NCBI GenBank assembly: GCA_049115575.1
Contig: JAGDZU010000004.1
Location: forward strand, 572,294 to 636,293
Length of the DNA: 64,000 nt
Direction: 5' to 3'
Source: Bacteroidia bacterium
Lineage (GTDB): Bacteria > Bacteroidota > Bacteroidia > NS11-12g > UBA9320
Every line of letters starts with the position of its first letter. The stretch's first letter is position 1. Both the position numbers and the translations under genes were made by a program. This document shows positions 28,802 to 37,801 of the stretch, piece after piece. The notes beneath the pieces are model-generated. The model was not told the DNA's origin. It saw nothing but the letters and a program-made list of their open reading frames with translations, and did no database searches.

Positions 28802-30177
28802 AAAGGTTCAAATTAATAATACCAGCCCTCCTATTTTCACTTGGTCTTTATTCTCAGAATATTCCAAATGGGGATTTTGAAGACTGGACCAGATATAATC
28901 ACTATGCTCTTCAAGACTACTGGAGCAGCAGCATTATTAATGTAAGCAGGACCACTGATCATATGGAAGGTGCCTATGCATTACGCCTAGACAACACCGT
29001 ATCAGAAGATGGTCTCACTAAGCGACGCTGCTATGTTCAGAACAGAATAACATCTATTGGTCAAGATGGATTTGAGTTTTATGATGATGTTTTGTCTCTA
29101 GCATTTAGTGCCAAATATGAATTGGCAATAGGTGATACGGCCAGAATCTATGTTCGATTTAGAGAAAATGGCGCTACAAAAGGTTTTGTTGACTTTTATA
29201 TGTGGGGAAGCAGCGGGGATGAATTTAATAATCACAAAGTCCCTATTTTCTGGTATGGTTCAAGAACACCAGACATAGTTGAAATCTATATATATTCTAA
29301 CATACATAACAATGTTGATGGCAATGGATTTATAATAGTAGATGATCTTCATTTTGAAAACATTGGCAAAAGAGCTGCCGATATTACCAATTTTGGATTT
29401 GAAGATTGGGTAAATGATGGTATAGATCATCCAGTCTCGTGGAGACCACTTGATTTAATTACTTTAACAAGTTATAACTACTTCTTGGGAGACACAGGAG
29501 TGACTTACTCCACAGATGCTTTCAACGGTGAAAGATCGCTCAAGGTAGGCAATTACTACACCAATGCGAATAGGGTTTCATATGCCTATGTAGGTACGGA
29601 AAACGATCATTATTACACTCCCGCTTTCAAAGTATATAAAAGGTACAAGCATCTACAGGGTTATTACAAATACGTTACTGATGCAAATGATTCAGGTCGT
29701 ATACAGTTCAGAACTTTCTATAATGGAGTGCAAAGGTCTTATAGTAACTTCTATTTAAGGCCAACCAATAACTGGACATTCTTTTCTCAGCCTATTACTT
29801 ACTACGGCAGTTTTCAAGACAGTATTCCAGATAGTGCATGTATAATTGCTTGGTCGGGGGTCGGCACACCTCAAAGTCAGCATTCCTTTTTACTTCTAGA
29901 CGATTTAGACCTCGTTATGGAACCTCATTCTGCATCAATAGATGAGCCTAAGGCCAGTATAGGAGTTTATCCCAATCCATTTGCGGATCGAATTAATTTA
30001 GATTTAAAGGAATCCTATCAGTTAACCATCAGCTCAACTAAAGGAGAAATTCTCAGAACAATGAACCTTCACGCAGGAACGCATCAACTCAACTTGAGCG
30101 ACCTAAGTAAGGGTATATACATACTCACATTTAATAATTCAAATAGACAATGGAAAAGCACGATTCTGAAACCATAG
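28798..30177 (+). CDS. T9SS-secreted hypothetical protein, paralog 2 of the upstream gene (tandem CBM-like domains + T9SS CTD)
   Basis: Same architecture as the upstream gene (IPNGDFEDW...IIVDDLHFEN and FGFEDW...LLLDDLDLV). CTD is GVYPNPFADRINLDL...GIYILTF...ILKP. The ATGA overlaps the upstream gene's stop. Confidence 0.6.
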   Translation: MKRFKLIIPALLFSLGLYSQNIPNGDFEDWTRYNHYALQDYWSSSIINVSRTTDHMEGAYALRLDNTVSEDGLTKRRCYVQNRITSIGQDGFEFYDDVLSLAFSAKYELAIGDTARIYVRFRENGATKGFVDFYMWGSSGDEFNNHKVPIFWYGSRTPDIVEIYIYSNIHNNVDGNGFIIVDDLHFENIGKRAADITNFGFEDWVNDGIDHPVSWRPLDLITLTSYNYFLGDTGVTYSTDAFNGERSLKVGNYYTNANRVSYAYVGTENDHYYTPAFKVYKRYKHLQGYYKYVTDANDSGRIQFRTFYNGVQRSYSNFYLRPTNNWTFFSQPITYYGSFQDSIPDSACIIAWSGVGTPQSQHSFLLLDDLDLVMEPHSASIDEPKASIGVYPNPFADRINLDLKESYQLTISSTKGEILRTMNLHAGTHQLNLSDLSKGIYILTFNNSNRQWKSTILKP

Positions 30178-30539
30178 AATCTCTAGATCCTAGGATTACA
30201 AGAGCTGCTATTAATTATGATGGCATTAGCCCTCTAGAGAATCTAGATCAATTTCAAACCTATGAGGTATTTCATCAACTGAAAAGAGGTGCACAACATG
30301 TTCATGTTGGAATAGTTCACGCTCCAAACCCAGAAATGGCTCTGTTATATGCCAAAGAACAATATGCAAGAAGAGGTCAGACAACAAATATTTGGGTAGT
30401 CCCTTCTGTTTCTGTTTTTGCCACTTCTTACCACGATTCAGACATATTTGAAACCACACCTGAAAAAATTCACAGAGACCCTGGTACTTATAAGGTTATG
30501 GATAGAATACAAGCATTTAAAGAGAGACAGAAATCATGA
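30150..30539 (+). CDS. paaB: 1,2-phenylacetyl-CoA epoxidase subunit B
   Basis: TYEVFHQLKRGAQHVHVGIVHAPNPEMALLYAKEQYARRGQTTNIWVVP matches the PaaB core. The N-terminal extension overlaps the upstream gene by 28 nt, so the true start may lie downstream. Confidence 0.8.
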   Translation: MEKHDSETIESLDPRITRAAINYDGISPLENLDQFQTYEVFHQLKRGAQHVHVGIVHAPNPEMALLYAKEQYARRGQTTNIWVVPSVSVFATSYHDSDIFETTPEKIHRDPGTYKVMDRIQAFKERQKS

Positions 30540-31288
30540 ATTCAATAGACGCATTAAAAGACCTTTTATACAAAATGGCAGATGATCAATTAATCATTGG
30601 CCATAGAAATAGCGAATGGACAGGAATTGGTCCTATACTGGAAGAAGACATAGCCTTTTCTTCCATGGCTCAAGACAAATTGGGGCAAAGCGAACACCTT
30701 TACAATCTATTAAATCAGTTAGGTGAAGCAGATGCGGATACGGTGGCATTCACTAGAAATGCGCCTCAATTTCACAACTCCAAGTTTGTAGAATTGCCAA
30801 TAGGTGAATATGATTTTTCATTGATAAGACACCTCTTATTCGACTATGCAGAATTATTGCGATTTGAGTCGTTAATGAGTTCTAGTTATCAACCTCTAGC
30901 ACAAGTAGCTAAGAAATTCTTTGGGGAAATAAAGTATCATTTCATGCATGCTTCCACTTGGGTAAGACAATTGGGAAAAGGCAATGCAGAAAGCAATCAA
31001 AGAATGCAAGCGGCACTTGATATGAGCTGGCCTTATGCACTGGGAATGTTTGAAGAGGGAGCGGCTGAAGATCTGCTTGTTTCTGAAGGTATTTTTGAAG
31101 GAGAAAAATCACTTCAGGCCAAATGGCTGAAAGGCATAAGTCCTATTTTAAAAGAATCTGGTTTGGTCATCCCAGAAAACAGCGAACCTATTTATGGAGG
31201 CAGAAAAGGCGAACACACAACTCATTTACAACCTCTTTTGGATGAAATGACAGAAGTGTATAGCATAGACCCTTCGGCAGACTGGTAA
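30536..31288 (+). CDS. paaC: 1,2-phenylacetyl-CoA epoxidase subunit C
   Basis: LLYKMADDQLIIGHRNSEWTGIGPILEEDIAFSSMAQDKLGQ matches the PaaC N-terminal region. Overlaps paaB by 4 nt. Confidence 0.8.
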   Translation: MNSIDALKDLLYKMADDQLIIGHRNSEWTGIGPILEEDIAFSSMAQDKLGQSEHLYNLLNQLGEADADTVAFTRNAPQFHNSKFVELPIGEYDFSLIRHLLFDYAELLRFESLMSSSYQPLAQVAKKFFGEIKYHFMHASTWVRQLGKGNAESNQRMQAALDMSWPYALGMFEEGAAEDLLVSEGIFEGEKSLQAKWLKGISPILKESGLVIPENSEPIYGGRKGEHTTHLQPLLDEMTEVYSIDPSADW

Positions 31289-31292
31289 GATT

Positions 31293-31772
31293 ATGACTGA
31301 AGACGATATCAGAAACTTCCTCAAGGAGGTTAAAGACCCAGAAATTCCAACTATATCTATAGTGGATCTTGGAATAGTTACTGGAATCGATCTCAAAGGC
31401 AATGATGTACATGTTACTTTAACTCCAACTTTTGCCGGTTGTCCTGCTCTCAAGCTCATGGAAACTATGGTAATCGATCGCCTTAATAAGGTGGAGAAAT
31501 TGGAAAATGTAAGTGTGGAAACGAGCTTTGAGACCACATGGACGACTGATTTAATTTCTGAAGAAGGAAGAAAAGCTATTCAGCAACATGGCCTAGCCCC
31601 TCCTAAACGCAATTGCTCTTCTATAACTATGGAGATACTAGAAGAAACCAAATGTCCTTATTGTGGAAGTGACAATACAGATTTGAAATCACCTTTTGGT
31701 CCTACTTTATGCAGAAGTCTCCATTATTGCAACAACTGCAGACAAGCCTTTGAGGGGTTCAAGCCCGTTTAA
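31293..31772 (+). CDS. paaD: Phenylacetate-CoA oxygenase subunit PaaD (DUF59 + C-terminal Cys4 zinc ribbon)
   Basis: DPEIPTISIVDLGIV DUF59 motif and a CPYCGS...CNNC zinc ribbon. Confidence 0.8.
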   Translation: MTEDDIRNFLKEVKDPEIPTISIVDLGIVTGIDLKGNDVHVTLTPTFAGCPALKLMETMVIDRLNKVEKLENVSVETSFETTWTTDLISEEGRKAIQQHGLAPPKRNCSSITMEILEETKCPYCGSDNTDLKSPFGPTLCRSLHYCNNCRQAFEGFKPV

Positions 31773-31826
31773 ATTTCTTGACTCATATACCGTCGCATTG
31801 AGATTTTTCAAGACCTTTGCCGGCCT

Positions 31827-32405
31827 ATGTTAGATTTTAACCAAATCGCTAGTGCATTTATAGTCCTATTTGCGGTAATAGATGTTATTGGAGCAGTTCC
31901 TCTTATCATATCCATCAAGGAAAAAACAGGGGATATTAAGGCGGGTATTGCAACTATAGTAACTGCATTAATCATGATTTCCTTCTTATTTCTAGGGGAG
32001 TCAATTCTTAAGTTTATTGGTGTGGATGTGAATTCATTTGCTGTTGCCGGATCTATCATAATGGCATTTATTGCATTTGAAATGATATTGGGCATAGAGC
32101 TTTTTAAGGAGGATGCGGCAGACACTGCCACAGCTTCTATTGTTCCTGTTGCTTTCCCATTGCTCGCTGGTGCAGGTTCTTTAACAACTATTCTATCCAT
32201 CAGGGCTGAATATGAGACCCTCAACATTATTGTGGCTATTATTATTAATATGCTGGCAATCTATGTCGTACTAAGGTCTTTAAAGTTTGTGGAACGGATT
32301 CTAGGACCTACCGGAATTCGAGTACTTAAGAAAGTATTTGGCATTATTCTATTGGCAATCTCGGTGAAGCTTTTTAGCGAGAATGCCCTAAGTCTATTTA
32401 ACTAA
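31827..32405 (+). CDS. MarC family (UPF0056) integral membrane protein
   Basis: 192 aa with six predicted TM segments and MarC-like conserved glycines (LFAVIDVIGAVP). Confidence 0.75.
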   Translation: MLDFNQIASAFIVLFAVIDVIGAVPLIISIKEKTGDIKAGIATIVTALIMISFLFLGESILKFIGVDVNSFAVAGSIIMAFIAFEMILGIELFKEDAADTATASIVPVAFPLLAGAGSLTTILSIRAEYETLNIIVAIIINMLAIYVVLRSLKFVERILGPTGIRVLKKVFGIILLAISVKLFSENALSLFN

Positions 32406-33416
32406 TAGGGCTTTAGCAACATTATCGGCTATGATCTGTCTGCCAACCTCATCATAATGCTCAGTTGTCCAGTGCTGATCTGTATAATGTCTTCCTGCAA
32501 CCGCTTCTAAGTTATCTACCACAATTAGGTCTCCACCTCTATATCTGTTTACCAACATATTCCTATTTGCTTTCATTTGCCAACTCAATGCAGGTCCACA
32601 CAAACTGTCTGCATACTCCACATTTTCCGCAAGCAAATTCAGAACAAGTCTATAACCATTCTCATGACAATGCTGTGCCAACTCATCCAGTTGCAACAAT
32701 CGCGGATTGTCTTCACCTATCTTAAATGCATAGGCCTTGATATAATGGTCTGCAAGGGTCCTCATTTCCATGTTTTCCACCCCTAAGCTGTCTACAAATT
32801 TTGGTTGCGCGCACCATGTCTTTATGGTTGGTGCTGGGAATTCAACAACATCAGATATTAATGTATCATAGGTCCAGTCATGCCACATGTCTTTATCTCT
32901 TTCGGCTAAACTAGCATCATCATATGCATTTAAGGTCAGCAGTATTCTATTTAGCAATGGCGGTTGATTTTTGAACAGACGAGCTTGTTTTTGCAAAGCT
33001 GTTTCTATTGGAGCATGAATAGTGGCCTGGTTAAATGTTCGCATATTCAAAGTCACTATAAGCGTATGTATGCTCTTAGACTTAATGCGCTTGATTAAAT
33101 CCGTATAAATTCCTACATGGTATGCTCCTTTATTGAGTGTTGCTACTCTATCATCAACTTGTATATCTATTAACTGGCTAATACTTAATCGTTGAGTGTC
33201 TTTGGGATGAATAGAGAAGTTAGAGCTTTCACCAAGGTAGAGAATATCTGCAGTATCCTCTCTTTCCATGAGTTCCAATAATACATGCGCATCATATTTA
33301 TGGAGATCATCTTCCCAAAAGAAACGCTCATATATATAATTAAAGAATAGAGCTAAAGACACAATCGCAAGAACTCGCAATCCCAAATATTTGATATGTT
33401 TTAACGTGATTTTCAA
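32394..33416 (-). CDS. Hypothetical protein, probable periplasmic/anchored partner of the adjacent MBOAT acyltransferase (DltD/AlgJ/PatB-like role inferred from context)
   Basis: N-terminal TM anchor. Overlaps the MBOAT stop by 4 bp. I see no strong motif, so the call rests on the context of two-gene MBOAT systems. Confidence 0.35.
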   Translation of the reverse strand: MKITLKHIKYLGLRVLAIVSLALFFNYIYERFFWEDDLHKYDAHVLLELMEREDTADILYLGESSNFSIHPKDTQRLSISQLIDIQVDDRVATLNKGAYHVGIYTDLIKRIKSKSIHTLIVTLNMRTFNQATIHAPIETALQKQARLFKNQPPLLNRILLTLNAYDDASLAERDKDMWHDWTYDTLISDVVEFPAPTIKTWCAQPKFVDSLGVENMEMRTLADHYIKAYAFKIGEDNPRLLQLDELAQHCHENGYRLVLNLLAENVEYADSLCGPALSWQMKANRNMLVNRYRGGDLIVVDNLEAVAGRHYTDQHWTTEHYDEVGRQIIADNVAKALLVK

Positions 33417-34843
33417 AATTGGAAATAAATGAAAGGGTGATTAACTGCACCTCCTAAAACTGCTATACAGAACAATAAGATAGCATAAACTATCCACCTG
33501 ATTGGCGCCTTCTTCCCAGATACCCAGTGGTCAAATCTTCCGTTGTACAGCAGAGCTTCAAAGAGCACAAAAATGATCGCAGGTATTATTACATAATCAC
33601 TAAAATAGAGTTGTTCTTCTCCTTTGTTAGATAACATACTATTCCAGATGTTTTGGACATTATCCATATTACTGGCCCTAAAAAACACCCAAGCAATACT
33701 TACAGAAATAAAGGTGAAAACACCTGAAGCCATTTTGTAAACTTTGCCGCTCATAGAAAACGGTTTAAGCAAACGTTCAATGAGGTAAAGTAGGCCATGA
33801 ATGCCACCCCAAATCAGAAAAGTCCATTCGGCACCATGCCAAAATCCACTTATGGCAAAAACTAACATTATGTTTAGTATCCACCTATACCATTTGGTTC
33901 GGTTACCACCTAAAGAAATGTATAAATAATCTCTAAACCATGTACTTAATGAGATATGCCACCTAGACCAAAATTCAGAAATTGACGTAGATAGATATGG
34001 GTTTTTAAAATTGTCTATGAGCTTGATTCCTAACAACAAGGCGCTCCCCTGTGCAATAAGTGAATAGCCAGCAAAATCTCCATATATCTGAAGTCCAAAG
34101 AGAAAAGTACCAATGAGTAGTTGAAGTGAGCCGAAAAGCTCAGGATTTTCATAGACAGGGTTTACAGTTTGAGCAAGATTATCTGCAATACAGAGCTTGA
34201 GAAAAAAACCGAAAAGAATTAAGCGAATTCCATTCTTTATGTTTTCGCTGTTGAATAACTGAGTTCCATTCAACTGGGGTCTCAATCGAGAAAATCTCTC
34301 TATAGGCCCCGCAACCAATTGAGGAAAGAAGCATACAAAAAGGGCAAATTTACCCAAGTGTTTCTCCGCCTTGACTTTTCTCCAATAAACATCTAAAGTA
34401 TAGCTCATGGTTTGAAAAGTGTAAAAAGAAATTCCAACAGGAATCACTAAATATAAAGCATACTGAAGCTCGCCAAGCATAGGGCTTTCCGCTGCCTTTA
34501 TGCTAAGGTGCATCAACTCCTTGGGTGGTAAGAACAGTTTGAGATACTTAAACAGAAACAGTAGGCCCAAATTCGTGGATATGCTTAATAAAAGCCAAAT
34601 CCTTCTGCTCCAAAGTTGCTTTAACCTTTGTATTTGATTAGATGCAATAAAGTCAACCCCAGTGGATATCAGTATCAAAACTAAATACTCCCATTTCCAA
34701 TAGGCATAAAAGAAGTAACTAGCAATTAGCAATAGCACCCATCTGAATTTTACTGGGAGCAAATAATAAAGCAGCACTACTATTGGTAAAAAAATCAGGT
34801 ATGTGACTGAATTGAATAACACAGATTTTATTTTGCAAGACAA
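33413..34843 (-). CDS. MBOAT family membrane-bound O-acyltransferase (AlgI/DltB/PatA-like)
   Basis: 476 aa polytopic protein with the MBOAT signature WHISLSTWFRDYLYISLGGNR (invariant His). Confidence 0.8.
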   Translation of the reverse strand: MSCKIKSVLFNSVTYLIFLPIVVLLYYLLPVKFRWVLLLIASYFFYAYWKWEYLVLILISTGVDFIASNQIQRLKQLWSRRIWLLLSISTNLGLLFLFKYLKLFLPPKELMHLSIKAAESPMLGELQYALYLVIPVGISFYTFQTMSYTLDVYWRKVKAEKHLGKFALFVCFFPQLVAGPIERFSRLRPQLNGTQLFNSENIKNGIRLILFGFFLKLCIADNLAQTVNPVYENPELFGSLQLLIGTFLFGLQIYGDFAGYSLIAQGSALLLGIKLIDNFKNPYLSTSISEFWSRWHISLSTWFRDYLYISLGGNRTKWYRWILNIMLVFAISGFWHGAEWTFLIWGGIHGLLYLIERLLKPFSMSGKVYKMASGVFTFISVSIAWVFFRASNMDNVQNIWNSMLSNKGEEQLYFSDYVIIPAIIFVLFEALLYNGRFDHWVSGKKAPIRWIVYAILLFCIAVLGGAVNHPFIYFQF

Positions 34844-34855
34844 AAATAATCGGCT

Positions 34856-35560
34856 TTGTCTCGCTTGCTCTATATACTGCTAATTTTGGTGTTTGTAAAA
34901 AGCTCATTTGCCCAAGCACCAATCCTAGATAGCATTAAAACCGCTATGACTTACAAGCCTCGTTTGGTATTGGGATTTCACAATCGAAACACATTTGTAA
35001 ATACAAGAGAAGTAAAGATCTACGGCCTTGTAGCGGGTATGGACTACAATGAGAAAATCAAATACTTCATAGCACTTTATGGATTCAGCAATGAAAACAA
35101 AGAGTGGGTAATAAACAGCGACTTATTTCAAGCTGATTCTGTACTTAAGACAACGAGTCTCAGTTATTTTAGTATTGGGGCCGAGTATAGTATAAGACAC
35201 AAAGGAAAGCTCAATATTCGAGCCCCGCTTCAAATCGGAATTGGCAGTGTGAACAAGGATTATCACAATAAGGGTTTCTTGATTCTAAGGGACAAAGACA
35301 GGGTTGTTCCTATAGAAGGTGGAATCAATGCCTATTATAAATTGCTCCCTTGGTTCATTCTAAAAGCAGGTGTAGGTTATAGAATTAGTCTAGGAAGTAA
35401 AGAATCACTAAGCATGAGTAGTCCCTATTATAATTTAGGGATAAGTATTGCTGTTTTTCCTTTGTACAGGAGTATAAAGAAAGCGTTTACTGAACCTCAG
35501 CCTCTTCATCAAGAAGGTGCTGGACAGTGGAATGGATATCCTTGGCGGCAATCTTTTTAA
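34856..35560 (+). CDS. Hypothetical secreted/outer-membrane beta-barrel-like protein
   Basis: Signal peptide (SSFAQA) and alternating amphipathic strands. Its 3' end overlaps the convergent TlpA-like gene by 74 nt. Confidence 0.4.
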   Translation: MSRLLYILLILVFVKSSFAQAPILDSIKTAMTYKPRLVLGFHNRNTFVNTREVKIYGLVAGMDYNEKIKYFIALYGFSNENKEWVINSDLFQADSVLKTTSLSYFSIGAEYSIRHKGKLNIRAPLQIGIGSVNKDYHNKGFLILRDKDRVVPIEGGINAYYKLLPWFILKAGVGYRISLGSKESLSMSSPYYNLGISIAVFPLYRSIKKAFTEPQPLHQEGAGQWNGYPWRQSF

Positions 35561-36908
35561 AGCGAATCTTTTTGTCTTTGTCCAAGATATAGATTTGTGG
35601 TGTGCTTATGATATTATAGCTTTTTCTGAAATCATCTTCGCCAAACGCATTTGCTACATTTAGAAAATTGAGTTCTTTCTCTTTGATATAGTCTTTCCAG
35701 CCTTGCCAATCACCCTGAGTGTAAACTGCATATACAGACACCTCTTCGTGGTTTGCACTATCATAGTACTGCTTTATAATTGGCATTTCTTTCTTGCAAT
35801 GACCGCAGTTGATATCCCAAAACACCAATACGGTCACGGGAGTAGGCATGGAATGCAAACTATACCTGCGATTGAATGCGGTGTCTGGCATATTCATTTC
35901 AGGAGCTACCAAATCGCAAAGAGTGGGGCCCATTTTTCTGCTTTGTTCACACATGTCTGCTATTAGACTGGAATCGGCCCAAAATGCTCTTCCCGAGCAA
36001 TAGTAATTATTGGTTATATGGTATAAGGCTTTGTCAAAACACATGTATTTGGATTTCTGAAAATAGGTCAACAGAAAGTGAATCGTATACTTGAATTGTT
36101 CAGAGCTCCCTTCTTTCTCCATTCGATTAATCAATTCATCTGCCATGGCAATGGAAGTATCTGGAACAGGAGGAACATAATTGTCGAAATACTCTTTGAG
36201 TTTTCTATGAAAGATAGGAGTTCTAACTAAGCCGTCTTCTCCATTGTCTATATTATCCCAAAAATGTTTCCTGAGGTACATATAGCCTCTTATTCTCTTA
36301 AGAGAGTCTGTCATTTCCACTGGAGGTTCCGTAATGGTGATTTCTCTCATTGCCTTATAGACCTTAGCAATAAATGTAGCCGGATTTTCATCAACTATTT
36401 TTTGTCTAAATATCTTTACTTCTTCACCAATTTCAGATAATTCCTTCTGCAATTTTTTCTTGGTTTTATCGTCCTCAGCACTTTCTATAGCTTCTCGAAT
36501 ACCTGCTGCTTCCATACCTTTTTCTGCAGCAAACTTGTTGAAACCATAAAACAGCTTATTCTCAATTGAGCCCTTTGTAACTAATTTATCCGGTTCTAAG
36601 AGTGTATCAGTTTCAAAACCATAAGTATTTTGATTTTCATATGCAGAGATAACCACTTCAAAATACCTTCTGTCTGGAAGGACAATCAAGTAGATGCCTG
36701 ATTCTAAGGGATTCTCTCCCTTAAAATGAAATTCCCCATTGACGCATTCGGAAGTATCTCTTATGTACTGTTTATCTCCAAAGTGGTTAGCCAGCAATAG
36801 CTCTTCATCACAACTCAAACCGTTTACTTTAACAGAAATATCGTAGCCTTGAGCAGACAGCTGAGAAAATGAAAGAATGCCAATTATCAGTAAAATGATC
36901 TTATTCAT
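35487..36908 (-). CDS. TlpA/ResA-like thiol-disulfide oxidoreductase with N-terminal DUF4369-like domain
   Basis: Signal peptide. The C-terminal thioredoxin fold carries a CGHC active site (VLVFWDINCGHCKKEMP). Confidence 0.65.
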   Translation of the reverse strand: MNKIILLIIGILSFSQLSAQGYDISVKVNGLSCDEELLLANHFGDKQYIRDTSECVNGEFHFKGENPLESGIYLIVLPDRRYFEVVISAYENQNTYGFETDTLLEPDKLVTKGSIENKLFYGFNKFAAEKGMEAAGIREAIESAEDDKTKKKLQKELSEIGEEVKIFRQKIVDENPATFIAKVYKAMREITITEPPVEMTDSLKRIRGYMYLRKHFWDNIDNGEDGLVRTPIFHRKLKEYFDNYVPPVPDTSIAMADELINRMEKEGSSEQFKYTIHFLLTYFQKSKYMCFDKALYHITNNYYCSGRAFWADSSLIADMCEQSRKMGPTLCDLVAPEMNMPDTAFNRRYSLHSMPTPVTVLVFWDINCGHCKKEMPIIKQYYDSANHEEVSVYAVYTQGDWQGWKDYIKEKELNFLNVANAFGEDDFRKSYNIISTPQIYILDKDKKIRFKKIAAKDIHSTVQHLLDEEAEVQ

Positions 36909-36992
36909 ATAGATTATTCAATAGGTGCACAAAAATAGTTGATACCTTTAGTTATAAATTCGTTGCACGTCAAAGAGTTAAATTCAAGAATT

Positions 36993-37334
36993 ATGCCTAA
37001 TAAGAACGAATCATTCTTCGAAATGGTTTACGAAGTGGTAAGACTTATTCCAGAAGGTCGGGTCGCCTCATATGGATCCATTGCTCAATACCTTGGAATG
37101 AAAAGGTCTGCACGTATGGTTGGCTGGGCCATGAACAATGCTCATCAAGTGTTTCCTTCAGTTCCTGCGCATCGAGTTGTTAACCGTATGGGTATGTTAA
37201 GCGGGAAAGCTCACTTTGGAAATGAAGGTCAAATGAAATCACTATTGGAGAAAGAAGGAATCACCATTGTAGACGATCAAGTACAAGAGTTTGATAAAGT
37301 CTTTTGGGATCCCAATCAGGAGTTAAAGATTTAA
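36993..37334 (+). CDS. Alkyltransferase-like (ATL) protein: MGMT DNA-binding domain with active-site Cys replaced (PAHRV)
   Basis: FFEMVYEVVRLIPEGRVASYGSIA HTH region, and VPAHRVVN where Ogt/Ada have PCHRV. Start taken at MPNKNE. Confidence 0.7.
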   Translation: MPNKNESFFEMVYEVVRLIPEGRVASYGSIAQYLGMKRSARMVGWAMNNAHQVFPSVPAHRVVNRMGMLSGKAHFGNEGQMKSLLEKEGITIVDDQVQEFDKVFWDPNQELKI

Positions 37335-37619
37335 CCCAGGGATATTTGGCAATATGCTAGACATCTGAGTTCTAGCTTCAATATCTGCTTTCGAAATAGC
37401 TTCATTTACCGCTTCAACTATCATCTGTTCCACCTCTGCTTGTTCACGGATTTTGTAGATGCTTTCATTTACGTTTATTGCGCTGAACTCTTTGTTTCCA
37501 TTACAAACAGCCTTAACCATTCCGTTCAATGATTCACCTTCAAAGCTCATAGAAGCCAATGAGTTTTTGAATTCCTCCGCCTTCTTTTGAGCTTCCTTTA
37601 TCTTATTCATTCCAAACAT
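37323..37619 (-). CDS. YbaB/EbfC family nucleoid-associated protein
   Basis: 98 aa starting MFGMNKIKEAQKKAEE. Confidence 0.8.
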   Translation of the reverse strand: MFGMNKIKEAQKKAEEFKNSLASMSFEGESLNGMVKAVCNGNKEFSAINVNESIYKIREQAEVEQMIVEAVNEAISKADIEARTQMSSILPNIPGLNL

Positions 37620-37801
37620 ATCTGTAATTGATTTTCAAGTATAACACCAAATACGGCTGACATTAATATGATATTCGATTCAGTCGTATTTATTAGATTC
37701 ATATGACACAAATTGTTGGCTATCATACTTATTCCCAACGACATGTACTAAAAAAAGAGGAGCCCTTGCAGGCCCCTCTTACATCTAAAGCATTAGTCAT
37801 A

